A stretch of 64,000 nucleotides of DNA from the human T2T-CHM13v2.0 reference genome, Homo sapiens: the NCBI RefSeq assembly GCF_009914755.1, contig NC_060927.1; one strand, written 5' to 3'. Positions within the stretch are counted from its first letter, which is position 1; every line of letters starts with the position of its first letter. The notes below the pieces were generated by a model. It worked only from the letters and a program-made list of their open reading frames with translations. It ran no database searches and was not told the DNA's origin. Positions 31,897 through 44,986 of the stretch are shown here, in pieces. The position numbers and the translations under genes are program-made.

Positions 31897-33903
31897 CTTT
31901 GAAGGTGAAGAAAATAAAATTAGTCATCTGCAGGTGCATAACTAAGCCCAGAAGATATCAGCCAATCCAGCCCTAAAAGACAAACCCCCAGCCAACCCAC
32001 AGAAGCATAAGCTAAATAGTGGTAGTTTAAGTTTTGGGATTGTTTGTTACACAGCAAAAGCTAATTGATACAATACATCCTGTTTCATAGCTTTATGCCT
32101 CTGCAGATCCTACTCCCTTTGCCTAAAGTGTCTTTTCCCATCTTCCCACCCCAGTCTGGTCCTTCAAGTAGTAGTTCAAGTGCCTGCCCCACCCCACCCC
32201 ACTCACCAAGCACTCTCTGGTTTTTGTCCTCACCTCCTCATGTTAAGTTATTAAATGCCCGTGCATGCTCATTGTTACTTTATTTGACCTTCTTCCTGAC
32301 TAAACAAGGATTCCTTGATGGTAATGACTATGCCGTCTAATTTTCCAATTGCCTAATACAGATGTTCATTAAATGTTTGACAAATCAATGAAGAAAAGGA
32401 TATAAATGAGCCTTAAGTCTCTTTCAACAATAACTGGAATTATTTCCTTCTTCCCTGATAGTGTTTTTCCTCATTCACCACCCATGCCTATACCTTGTTT
32501 CAGCAGCATGGGAGCATATTAGAAAATGTCAGGAAAAAATCACTCCCAATTATCTGTTTCTTATATCTAAAAATAGTTAAGCCCTCTTGGGTAGCTTTTC
32601 TCTGGAATTTGAAGGCCAATTAATATTTCAGGCTATACCTATACACTTACCAGTATATAATAAAATTTTGCACAAAATTCCACTAAGGATCAAAAGTTGA
32701 TGGTCAGAGACACATCTGAGTTGGAATCTGGTTGGATGAATTAAAATGTAACAACCTTAAAAGGGCACCTATTAATTACTTCTGCACAACAAGCATAACT
32801 TAGGACTGTCCAAGGCAATCCAGGACATGCCAACATTTTCTCCTTAGATCATCACACACTAGAGTATATGATGATGTAAGGATCTGTGTCTATAACAGAA
32901 TCTATATACCTGTATCAGAATCTGCAAGAACAGAACTGCAAATGGGGAGGAACAATTTGAGGGAAAATAAATATGTAGTAGACCATTCACCATGGACAGT
33001 AGCTTAAAGTTTCCCAAAAACCTGAGATCAGAGCTGAGCCATGAGCATTCAGTCCCCTAAATGTCATACTCCATGCTAGCTGGTAAGATATATTTCTGGA
33101 ACTGCCAAGACAGAAAATGCCTTCATCTCCTCCTTTCACATAAAATATCTTAGTTTGGTTTGGTTTTTTAAATATGTAATTCAAATTTATAAAAATGAGC
33201 CTTCACAGATGTAAATCCCATTTCTATATTGGACCTAATTTCAGAAAAAAAGGAATTTCCTTTTTGTAGTATGGCATATTATTCCAACATTTCTAATTCA
33301 CATTTTCACCAGGAACATTTCCAGCTGGCTCTGTTCTATAATTGACAAATGCAAGAAGCAATTTCTTTCCCTTTTAATGGAGAGGATTAAATCTTGCCAG
33401 GTAATCTCTAAGGTCTTTTTCAGGTTTATGATTCTAGAATTCTATAATTAATTAGAGTCTAGCCCTTATTAAAGTGTCTAGCTAATTTCATCAAAAAATT
33501 TAAAGACAAAGTTGAAGATAAACATAAATCCTAACTTACTATAAGGGGCAAAATAAACTGAAAAAAGAAGCTGAATCCTATATCTCCTCTTCTCCCCAGT
33601 GTAATACCTACCTGCGTATAAACAAAAAATAGGACTTTGGTGACTAAAAAACTCTGAACTACTTAATGTAGGACATGCCATAATTCATGCTTCTTTTAAA
33701 AATAATTGTACATGTGCATTCTTTTCAGATGATTTTCAAATTTGGCTAGACTACTGCAAAGTAGTTATATTTTTTTGTCAATATAAGCAAAGATATTAAT
33801 TTAATGTCCTAGAAAATTGGACTTCAAAGTTTTGGTGGAATGCAGGGTTCTCATCCTAGTCCTCCAAAATTAAGTCTCTGTTTCCAAAATAAGACCTAGC
33901 CCA

Positions 33904-34214
<311 letters not shown>

Positions 34215-35029
34215 ATCTTGACCCAAGTATGGCCCTAGTTTCTCATAGAGAGGCTTCATAGGCATACATAATGCTTAGTGGTTGGACTTTTGACACCAAA
34301 CTGCTGGGGAATTCAAACTCAGCCTCTATTACTTCCTGTCTATGTTTCTTAACCTCTCCCTTCTTGTTTTTTTTTTTTCAGTCTGGAAATTGAGTATCAT
34401 AATGATAGCACGTGCTTCACATGGGTTTGATGTGAATGTTAGATGAATGTATACCATCTAACACATTAGAAATAGTGCTTTGCATTCAACCTTGAGTTTT
34501 AAAAAAAAGGAAAAAAATAGTGCTACATACATAATGGAAAAAAACAAGTAAGAATCTAGACTGTGCCCCACCTGGAGCCTGCCCTGCCTTTAGAATGCCA
34601 GTTAGATGGAATAAAATGTGTCCTTCTTACTTGAGTTTTCTATTACTTGTAGGCAAAAACATCCTACCTGATAAGAGGATTTTTCTTAATACTGCTTGTT
34701 ATCTCAGACTTGTTGTGAGAAATCAAGTAAAATAAAGGATGAGAAAGTGCTCTATAAATGTCAAGAGCCCATATTCTGCCTCCCAGCAGAAGGCTGAAGG
34801 TGGCAGGACCTCATCAAGAGGCACACAGTTAAGTAAGAACATAGAGGTGAGTAGCCTCTTCTTTTCAGCCTAAAACTACAAAAAAAAAAAAAAAAACCTT
34901 CTAGATCCAATTAAATGCACATCTATTTAGGGACATAATAACAAAATGATTTCCTGTATTCACATGATCACTTGAAGGAATTTTGAGTTTTATGGGTTCC
35001 ATTATATATCCTTTGACATAATTCCTTGC

Positions 35030-35250
35030 TATGCTCGAAGTTATACCATTCTATCACATTCTGTGCTATCCTGTACTATACCATACCATACATATTGTAT
35101 TTCACTATACTATGCTTTATTGTGCTTCATTGTACTGTACTATACTATACCACACTACACTATCCTATCCTATCCTACCCTACCCTACCCTACCCTACCC
35201 TACCCTACCCTATCCTATCCTATCCTATCCTTTCCTATCCTATCCTACTA
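35030..35250. repeat. Compound pentamer repeat (TATAC)n/(CCTAT)n/(CCTAC)n
   Basis: Visible 5-mer arrays. Confidence 0.93.
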
Positions 35251-35996
35251 CTCAATGTATGATGAGGCCTGCAAAATCTGCGTCACCTGGGAGCTTGTTA
35301 GAAATCCAGAATGCCGATCTGCTGAATTCAGAATCTGCATTTTAACAAGATCCCTAGATGATTCAAATGTATGCTTAAGTTTGGGAGCCCTTCAATCACC
35401 CACTGAAAGGCAAGTCTTGGGGAAGAAAAGCGGACCCCAACTGTCAAAAGGAACAACCCCTGTCTTTGCGCCTTGCAGCTTTGGATAAAAACTTGAGGAG
35501 ACGGAATGGGATTAAGGATGACCTTGGCCATATGGAAGAAGATTGGCAACAAAGTAGGCAGACCCCTGTACAGAGCCTCATGGAGAAGACACTGTATTCT
35601 ATTTCATAAGAGAGACTGTCTAACTGACATTATTCTCTGCTTCTATTTCCCTCTTGACATGGCCAAACCTTCAGCACGTTGTGTTTACACATTCCAATCT
35701 GGTTTTGCCTATGCTATAAGGAATTAAAGGAGGAGTTGTGAGGACTTCCTAGAGACAGAGTTCTAAGAAGCTTCAGGCCTTCAGAAACCAAAGTGATGAC
35801 AACCATGGGAATGATTAAAAGAATCCCCAGGGGAGGGTGAACAACAGTGTCAGGAGTTCAGGCCCTACAGGGTGATCTCCTGCTCCCCTTCTTGCCTAGT
35901 TAGAAGGATCAGAGTTTTACTTTATTAAGAGAACCAACAGGATCTCTAACACCTATGATGAGCTTGTGGATCAAATAACAATTCTCTGTCACTCAC

Positions 35997-36417
35997 CTTG
36001 TGGATCACAGACCTTAGAAAGAATTTCCTTCTCCAGGTTCTGCAGGGCCTCAAAATTTACATCATGGTACACTTTGTCCTCATCATTAGTTATCTCCAAA
36101 AGCTGCGATTTTTTGGCTTCTCCCACCCCAATGGCAAAAATAATTGTGTTTTTGTCCCTGAGGGCTTTGGCTGGTATGATTACATTATCTTGGGCCACCC
36201 CATCGGTGATCACAATCAAATATTGTTGAACACTGGGTCTCCCTCCTTTTGAACTGTCAAAAAAAGGCAGAGTGAAATTCAGAGCTTTCCCAGTGCGGGT
36301 GCCATCCCTCATCTGCTGAACATCAAAGATGGCCCTGTAAATGTCCACCTTTGAGGATTATTGGTTGAGCCTGAATTCTTCCTGGGGGATTGAGCTGAAC
36401 TGCAAAAGGCCAATTTG
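35997..36417 (-). pseudogene. COL6A4P1: VWA exon N2, 3' portion (after SVA); TAA at 36358-36360
   Basis: QIGLLQFSSIPQEEFRLNQ*SSKVDIYRAI...VCDPQ, G|GTGAGT donor. Removing the SVA and one TSD restores a 555-nt phase 1-1 exon. Confidence 0.9.
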
Positions 36418-38689
36418 TTTTTTTTTTGTTTTTTTTTTTTTTAATTTTTATTTTTTTTATTGATCATTCTTGGGTGTTTCTCGCAGAGGGGGATTTGGCA
36501 GGGTCATAGGACAATAGTGGAGGGAAGGTCGGCAGATAAACAAGTGAACAAAAGTCTCTGGTTTTCCTAGGCAGAGGACCCTGCGGCCTTCCGCAGTGTT
36601 TGTGTCCCTGGGTACTTGAGATTAGGGAGTGGTGATGACTCTTAACGAGCATGCTGCCTTCAAGCATCTGTTTAACAAAGCACAACTTGCACCGCCCTTA
36701 ATCCATTTAACCCTGAGTGGACACAGCACATGTTTCAGAGAGCACAGGGTTGGGGGTAAGGTCACCGATCAACAGGATCCCAAGGCAGAAGAATTTATCT
36801 TAGTACAGAACAAAATGAAAAGTCTCCCATGTCTACCTCTTTCTACACAGACACGGCAACCATCCGATTTCTCAATCTTTTCCCCAACTTTCCCCCCTTT
36901 CTATTCCACAAAACCGCCATTGTCATCATGGCCCATTCTCAATGAGCTGTTGGGTACACCTCCCAGACGGGGTGGTGGCCGGGCAGAGGGGCTCCTCACT
37001 TCCCAGTAGGGGCGGCCGGGCAGAGGCGCCCCTCACCTCCCGGACGGGGCGGCTGGCCGGGCAGGGGGCTGACCCCCCCACCTCCCTCCCGGACAGGGCG
37101 ACTGGCCAGGCGGGGGGCTGACCCCCCCACCTCCCTCCCGGACGGGGCGGCTGGCCGGGCGGGGGGCTGACCCCCCCACCTCCCTGCCCGGGCGGGGGGC
37201 TGACCCCCCACCTCCCTCCCAGATGGGGCGGCTGGCCGGGCGGGGGGCTGACCCCCCCACCTCCCTCCTGGACGGGGCGGCTGGCCGGGCAGAGGGGCTC
37301 CTCACTTCCCAGTAGGGGCGGCCGGGCAGAGGCGCCCCTCACCTCCCGGACGGGGTGGCTGGCCGGGTGGGGGGCTGACCCCCCCACCTCTCTCCAGGAC
37401 GGGGCGGCTGGCCGGGCGGGGGGCTGACCCCCCCACCTCCCTCCCGGACGGGGCGGCTGGCCGGGCGGGGTGCTGACCCCCCAACCTCTCTCCAGGACGG
37501 GGCGGCTGGCCGGGCGGGGGGCTGAGCCCCCCACCTCCCTCCTGGACGGGGTGGCTGGCCCGGCAGAGGGGCTCCTCACTTCCCAGTAGGGGCGGCTGGG
37601 CAGAGGCGCCCCTCACCTCCCGGACGGGGCGGCTGGCCGGGTGGGGGGCTGACCCCCCCACCTCCCTCCCGGACGGGGCGGCTGCCGGGCGGAGACGCTC
37701 CTCACTTCCCAGACGGGGTGGCTGCCGGGCAGAGGGGCTCCTCACTTCTCAGACGGGGCGGTTGCTGGGTGGAGGGGCTCCTCACTTCTCAGACGGGGCG
37801 GTTGCTGGGCGGAGGGTCTCCTCACTTCTCAGACGGGGCGGCTGGGCAGAGACGCTCCTCACCTCCCAGACGGGGTCGCAGCCGGGCAGAGGCGCTCCTC
37901 ACATCCCAGACGGGGCGGCGGGGCAGAGGCGCTCCCCACATCTCAGACGATGGGCGGCCGGGCAGAGACGCTCCTCACTTCCCAGATGGGATGGCAGCCG
38001 GGAAGAGGCGCTCCTCACTTCCTAGATGGGATGGCGGCCGGGCAGAGACGCTCCTCACTTTCCAGACTGGGCAGCCAGGCAGAGGGGCTCCTCACGTCCC
38101 AGACGATGGGCGGCCAGGCAGAGACGCTCCTCACTTCCTAGACGGGGTGGCGGCCGGGCAGAGGCTGCAATCTCGGCACTTCGGGAGGCCAAGGCAGGCG
38201 GCTGGGAGATGGAGGTTGTAGCGAGCTGAGATCACACCATTGCACTCCAGCCTGGGCACCATTGAGCACTGAGTGAACCAGACTCTGTCTGCAATCCCGG
38301 CACCTCGGGAGGCCGAGGCTGGCGGATCACTAGCGGTTAGGAGCTGGAGACCAGCCCTGCCAACACAGCGAAACCCCGTCTCCACCAAAAAAGTACGAAA
38401 ACCAGTCAGGCGTGGTGGCGTGCGCCTGCAACCGCAGGCACTCGGCAGGCTGAGGCAGGAGAATCAGGCAGGGAGGTTGCAGTGAGCCGAGATGGCAGCA
38501 GTACAGTCCAGCTTCGGCTCGGCATCAGAGGGAGACCGTGGAAAGAGAGGGAGAGGGAGACCGAGAGGGAGAGGGGAGAGGGGAGAAGGGAGAGGGAAGA
38601 GGGAAGAGGGGAGAGGGGAGAGGGGAGAGGGGAGAGGGAGAGGGAGAGGGAGAGGCAGGGCTGGTCTTAAAGGGAGAAGAGCATGCTCC
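36418..38689 (-). mobile_element. Full-length SVA retrotransposon with 34-bp 5' extension
   Basis: On the minus strand: (CCCTCT)n ~38530-38655, Alu-like ~38160-38530, GC-rich VNTR ~36950-38160, SINE-R ~36460-36950, AATAAA 36456-36461, polyA. TSD CAAAAGGCCAATTTG at 36403-36417 and 38690-38704. Confidence 0.97.
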
Positions 38690-38838
38690 CAAAAGGCCAA
38701 TTTGAATTCCATCAGTACCAATATTAGATTGGTTCACCATGCTCTCCACAAATCTTTTCATCTTTTCAAAGTCTTTTGGGGAGATAGATTCTGAACCATC
38801 TATCAGGAAGATAATGTCAGCTTTACTATTCTTACAGG
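38690..38838 (-). pseudogene. COL6A4P1: VWA exon N2, 5' portion (before SVA)
   Basis: ACKNSKADIIFLIDGSES...GIQIGLL, then runs into the SVA. Confidence 0.9.
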
Positions 38839-39189
38839 CTGGGGAAAAAGGAAACAGAACAGAACATTCATTAGAAATCTGAAACCAAAAAAAAACAAAA
38901 AACAAAAAAAGAATCTGAAGCCAATTAATTACAAGTCCCCAGGGACAGTCTGGAATGGCATATATACAACATGAAAATATTTTAGAAGGGAGTGGAAGAG
39001 GAATTCAATGAAACAAATATTCTGCAACCCAGCAGAGTTGCTCTGCAATTCAGAGTAGTCTCAAAATAAGATACAGCTGTATGATAAATATATAAAACTT
39101 GACCATCTTGCTTCATTCTAGGTTGTGGTCACTTTGAGTGTCCGATACTAAGCTGCCAACCAGTGAATCCATGATTAAAGAATGAAGCT

Positions 39190-39315
39190 GGCTAGGTGTG
39201 GTGGCCCACACCTATAATCCTAGCACTTTGGGAGGCTGAGGCAGAAGGATTGCTTGAGCCCAGGAGTTCAAGACCAGCCTGGACAACACAGCAAGATCCA
39301 GTCTTGGGGAAAAAA
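39190..39315 (+). mobile_element. FLAM/Alu monomer with TSD AAAGAATGAAGCT
   Basis: Left monomer only, direct repeats on both flanks. Confidence 0.85.
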
Positions 39316-39402
39316 TGCGTAAAAGAATGAAGCTTACTTAAATAAATCAGGTACATATTCTTGGAGAGGTGGGAAAGGAGATTGAAAAAGAAAAAGTCTT
39401 AC

Positions 39403-39948
39403 CCTCTGAGGAGCAGATGTCCTGTACCACTTCTTTTTGGATGTCCTTCAGTAAATCAAACTCATACACAAAAAATATCTTGTCTTTAGCTATTTCCTTA
39501 AGCTCATCAATGTTAGCTTCTCTTATTCCAATGGCATAAATGTTAACTCCATTTGCCCTCAATCCCTCTGCAGCCTCAGCCACCGAGTCTGAAGATTTAC
39601 CATCAGTGATGACTATAACATATCGAGCAACATTGATTCGGCCGGTGTCTGCAAAAACCTGAGTCATGTTGTTCAAGGCCTCACCGGTTTTGGTGCCACC
39701 TCCCCCCTGCTGGATGTTATCAATGGCTACCTTCAGCTCTGTCACACTGGGATACTGGCTGAGGATAAATTTACTTTTAATTTTGTCTGAGTACTGAATG
39801 ATTCCAAACTGTACTCTGTTGGGCCCGATCTGGAACATCTTTATCACTTCATTCATGAACACCTTCATCTCAAGAAAATCTTCTGGATAGATGCTGCCAG
39901 ACCCATCAATAAGGAAGTAAATATCTGCCTTTTCGATGTGCACACAAC
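39403..39948 (-). pseudogene. COL6A4P1: VWA exon N3 (546 nt, open)
   Basis: ADIYFLIDGSGS MIDAS motif, IVITDG; canonical splice sites. Confidence 0.9.
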
Positions 39949-40653
39949 CTAGGCAATAAAAAGAAGCAAGAACCCATCATAACAGAGTCTGAGATGGTGA
40001 AGAACCAGAGCGATTGATCCCAATCTCCAACCGTATTCTCTCAGTACTCTTTGTTCCCTTGACAGCACCTGTGACTCTGCCTACAGGCACTCTTTGGCCA
40101 AGAGCATGATCAGCTGGCACACTAGGAAGACCAGAATGCCTGGGAGTGAGTCCAGAAGCAGCCACCACCCAATAACTGGCAGAGGTTGGTGGATAAAGAC
40201 CCCAGCTCCCTTGTTCATTGCATAGAACCACTCTAAGGTAAGTCCTGCATGGTTTCCCTGAGTCCCCAGTTGCCTGTAGCAGTAACCTGTAGATTACTCC
40301 TCATCCCGAATTGGTTCTTAAATCTCCACTCTCCTATAAGCATCCCCTGGCATCACCACCCAGATAAATAATTTGCATCCAAATCATTGTCTCAGAGTCT
40401 GTTTCTGATCAACCCCACTTAAGACACGAAGGAAATGTAACTTGACATTTCTCAAATGGGGAAGTTAAGGAAATGAAAGTAAAATCAGAGCACATTTGAA
40501 GCTATGAATTGTTTCATATTCCATTATCCCTGCCTCCCATCCAAGTTGTGCTTTTTAAGTACATGGGCAAAAGTGTGTACATCCTAAAATTTAATTTAAT
40601 TTAATAATTTGACAAGTTAATTTAAAACATTCTCTATTAAATGAGCCTGAATT

Positions 40654-41292
40654 AGGAAACAACAGATGCTAGTGAGGCTGTGGAGAAATAGGAACGCTTT
40701 TATACTGTTGGTGGGAATGTAAATAAGTTCAATAACTGTGGAAGACGGTATGGCAATTCCTCAAGGATCTAGAACCAGAAATGCCATTTGACCCAGCAAT
40801 CCCATTACTGAGTATATACCCAAAGGAATGTAAATTATTCTACTATAAAGACACATGCACATATCTGTTTATTGCCATATTATTTACAATAGCAATGACA
40901 TGGAACCAACCAAAATGCCCATCAATGATAGACTGGATAAAGAAAATGTGGTACATATATACCGTGGAATACTATGCAGCCATAAAAAGGAATGAGATAA
41001 TGTCCTTTGCAGGGACATGGATGAAGCTGGAAGCCATCATTCTCAGCAAACTAACACAGTAGCAGAAAACCAAACACCGCATGTTCTCATTCATAAGTGG
41101 GAGTTGAACATTGAGAATAGATGGACACTGAGAGGGAAACAGCACACACCAGGGCCTGTCGGGGGGTGGTGGGTTGAGGGGAGGGAACTTAGAGGACAAG
41201 TCAATAGGTGCAGCAAACCACCATGGCACACGTATACCTACGTAACAAACCTGCACGTTCTGCACATGTATCCCATTTTTTTTTAGAAGAAA
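40654..41292 (+). mobile_element. 5'-truncated older L1PA 3' end
   Basis: ORF2 C-terminus (PFDPAIPLL..WNQPKCPSMIDWIKKMWYIYT) plus G-rich 3'UTR. Confidence 0.92.
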
Positions 41293-43828
41293 TTGTTTTA
41301 AAAAAGAGTCTGAATTAAATCAGTCACCTTGTGTTAAAGCCCAGCCTCCAGGGCAAGTGGCTCTAAATTTAATCCTGTCTCCTCGGTTACTAGCAAGCTT
41401 GGCCCCCTTGCATCTCAGTTTCCTGATCTATAAAATGAGGATGTTGACACCTACTCAGTAAGCTTATTGTGAGAAGACAGTAATATCATGTAAACAGAGC
41501 AGAGCTCAGTATTAAAGATGTAGAGTTAAAAGTAGCTGGTGTTTTATTATTTTTGTCATCTAGCAGATTCCTCTAAAAAATATATGTATATATTTTCTCC
41601 ACTCCCTCTCAATAAGGGCAGCCCAGCCTTGAGTTGTTAATCTCTGGATTCCCTTGGCCCCAGGAAGAGCCTTTTCATTTCTCGGCTGAAAGGGAAGTTG
41701 TCTAAGGTGGGAATTGGGCTCCCTGCTCAGGTCTTCATGTGGGAGGACCTAGGTCCATGCAATATGTGTGGCATACTTAAAAAACCCTTGTTGTTTATAT
41801 GAATGAAATTCAAATGTAATTGGGTGTCCTATATTTCATCTGGCAATGCTATCCTAAAGGGGCATTCATTGGAAAGGAATGTAGCTTAAAGCGGGTAGAG
41901 AAAGGAGTCATTTACCCCATGGTAAGTGTTTGCTGAATTCTGGAGAGTAGGGGCGAAATTATGGAAAAATAAGGCAAAAACCCAAACTTTGCTGGACTCC
42001 AGCATCCACTGGTGACACATACATGGCTACCCAGCGTCAGAGAAAAGGACCACCGTGCAGGAAAGGGCATCTCTGCAGCTAGCCCCTATAGGAGCAGCCC
42101 AAGGAGGCTTCACTATAATCCAGGGCCCTTGGATTGTCAAGAGGAGCCGAGGACCCTAAATATTGCCTGCACTGTACATTCTTGTCAGTCTTAGCAGATT
42201 GGGGGAAAAGAGAAAGAGAATATTTCTTACAGTCTGGAGGTTGCCGAGCATTCACATCAATCATACACATAAAGTGCTTAGCAGAGTATCTGACACATGG
42301 CAAATGGCCAGTAAATAGTAGATATTATGATCATTGTGATCATCCAAGACAAAATTCTGGTAAAATCATCATAGCTTCTATTTACCTCTAGGCTACTCCC
42401 TTCCCCAACCCATCTAGACTTTGGGCTACTTTTTCTGATTGCAAGTTTCTTTTTAGCTTCTCTGCAGTATCAAAAAACAACAACAACAACAACTCTCAGC
42501 TCTTCATATTGTGAACTAGTAGTGCTCGTCTTCTGTCCTTCTCATCCACAGAATATAGGCAGATAGGCACACGGAAATGAAATTCACATTATAACAATTT
42601 TGTATCTCATTCCTAGAACTGAGAAAGGAACTAAAAATATAGGTCAAAGAGAAAGATAGAAATTTATTTAGATATTTCAGATTTCTAGACCTCAGCACAA
42701 GTAATCAAGAAATTACCAGATCACTCAGTGTTTAACAAGAAAAAAAGCTCAGTGATTTTCCCTTGAAAACATAATTACAGCCTTGAATTTTTACCTCAAT
42801 TATGTACATTTCAACGATTCTAATTTAAATCTATGATTCTAATTTGAATCTAAGAAATACTAGCATGGGTAGACAAAAATAGATTAGAAGACAGACAGAC
42901 ACAAAGATTTTCATAACAGCCAGTAAGTGCCAAATCTAGGATTTAAAATTTGGGCATTCATATGCCAAAGTGCACACACTTAACCACTATGTTTTTTCTG
43001 GTGTGTGTGTTTTTTTGTTTAACTGGGTATGTAGTAGGAACTCTCCTGACCAACCTCCACTTTAGTGACTCCCAGATAAATCAATGTTCTCCCTTCCCTC
43101 TGTAAAGCATGAGTGATGCTCCCATAAAACAATGAGTGCCTGAAGTTCCGCTTCAACCAGTGAAAGAACAAGCTTACCAAGATGAAGGCGGGTTTGTCCC
43201 CAGCTTGTTTATGGCAGTTTTGTTGTTATAATTACATAATTAATCAAATATTGTGCAAATCAGCAGGATTTGAGTGTGAGTAAAAGAGATTTATTGCATC
43301 TATGAAAACCAGCTTAACTGCTTTAAAGACTCAATAAAAGAGTTATTTTTTAAAAAATTGCCAGTGTACTAGATAGCATTACAAAAGATTGCATTTTTAA
43401 GATTATAAAAATCAATAGCTATTTCTGTTTCTGTTTTGAATTGTTTCAAAAGTCACTCTCCTTTAAAGAAACTGAAACTGGAAATTATTGATAACATAAC
43501 ATTGGATGGTTTATAAAGAAAATACATGAAATCCAATCAGCAGGGCTCATACTCAAAGAAGCCTTGGCCCTATACCAAAAGATTGGCAAATTAACATTCA
43601 TTTATATGTATTAAGTTAATTTTTTAAATTTCATGTGAGAAACAATAGTTTCTGAGAAGAAAATAAATAAATAAGAAAATAACATTTTAAAAATTCAAGT
43701 ATGTTTGTATCCTTTTTAAAGTAGTTGCCTGCTTCAGTGACTTAAGATTTGATCAGTCCACACTCGGTTCCTTAGGGCTTCTACTGTAAATATACACAAC
43801 TCTTCATCAAACTGTTAAAACAGAAGGG

Positions 43829-44106
43829 GGCCAGACATGGTGGCTCACACCTGTAATCCCAGAGCTTTGGGAGGCCAAGTATCAAGGATCACTTCAGGCC
43901 AGAAATTCGAGACCTGCCTGGGCAACATAATGAGACCCTGTCTCTGCAAAAAAGATTATAAAATTAGCTGGGCATGGGAGTGCATGCCTGTAGTCTCAGC
44001 TACTTAGGACGGTGAGGCTGGAGGATCACTTAACCCCAGAAGTTCAAGGTTACAGTGAGCTATGATTGTGCCACTGCACTCCAGTCTGAGTGACAGTGCA
44101 AGATCA
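43829..44106 (+). mobile_element. Alu (J-like)
   Basis: Diverged dimeric Alu. Confidence 0.85.
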
Positions 44107-44356
44107 AAATTTACATAATTTTTAAAAGGGATGAAGGATAAGATGGGAGGTGCTAGAAATGTTGCCTTTTTACTTCATATTCTCCTGCATTGTTTGGCAT
44201 CAAGATAAACAAAGTTTCAGTTTCTGGTTTTTTAATGAATTGACTTCAAAATCTTTTCTTTGTTGGAGGATAGACGAGATGGGTACATGGAGCAATTAAA
44301 AAAACTAAGAAAAGTTTTTTGTTTAAAAACATCAAATTTGGAAAAGACCCTCCTAC

Positions 44357-44986
44357 CTTCTTGTAGGGGATAGCTCGTCCCACTAATGGAAACTTTACTG
44401 TCCACCATCTCAGAGCAGAGCTGGTGTGTAAGCTTGCTTCCTACTATGGAGAGCTGCAAAAAGGATTCCAGGGGGACTGAATTCTTCCAAGGAGGATATG
44501 ATGCTATCTTCTCCAGGTCCTTACTCTCTGAGACATTGTGGGTGCCCACTGCATAGATGGTGACGCCTGCCCTTCGGAGGTGGGAAGCGGGTCTAGATAC
44601 TCTGTCTTGGGAGAAGCCTTCCGTGATGACTACAGCTATCTGCTGCACACCGTGGTTGGACCGGCTACCCTTCTCCTGAATGAAAACCTCGTTCCTCAGG
44701 AAATCTAATGCAGCACCAGTCTTCGTCCTTCCTTTTCTTTCCCGGTAGGTTAATTTGTCCAAATGCTCCAAGATTTTGGCTGGATTCTGAAATGCATCCA
44801 GTGAAAATTCAAGTCGTGGTTCCTCACTGTAGAAGACCAAGCCAAGTCTCACAGTATCAGGACGAATGTTTAGAGAACTGACAATGGTCTTTAGGAAATT
44901 GACAACTTGTTGGAAATTGGGTTGCCTAACCCTGCTAAATTCCTCAATGAGGAATATTAAGTCAGCCGGGACAGCAGTTGCGCACG
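44357..44986 (-). pseudogene. COL6A4P1: VWA exon N4 (630 nt, open)
   Basis: ACATAVPADLIFLIEEFS... continuous with ORF 44232..44852; gcag acceptor, GAAG|GTAGG donor. Confidence 0.9.

Noticed and set aside
35026-35488. YPTLP/YPILS repeat ORFs
   Set aside because: Pentamer microsatellite translation.
36926-38794. Long Gly/Pro/Arg-rich ORFs, superficially collagen-like or array-like
   Set aside because: They come from the SVA VNTR and hexamers; no Gly-X-Y register and no unique spacers, so neither collagen nor CRISPR.
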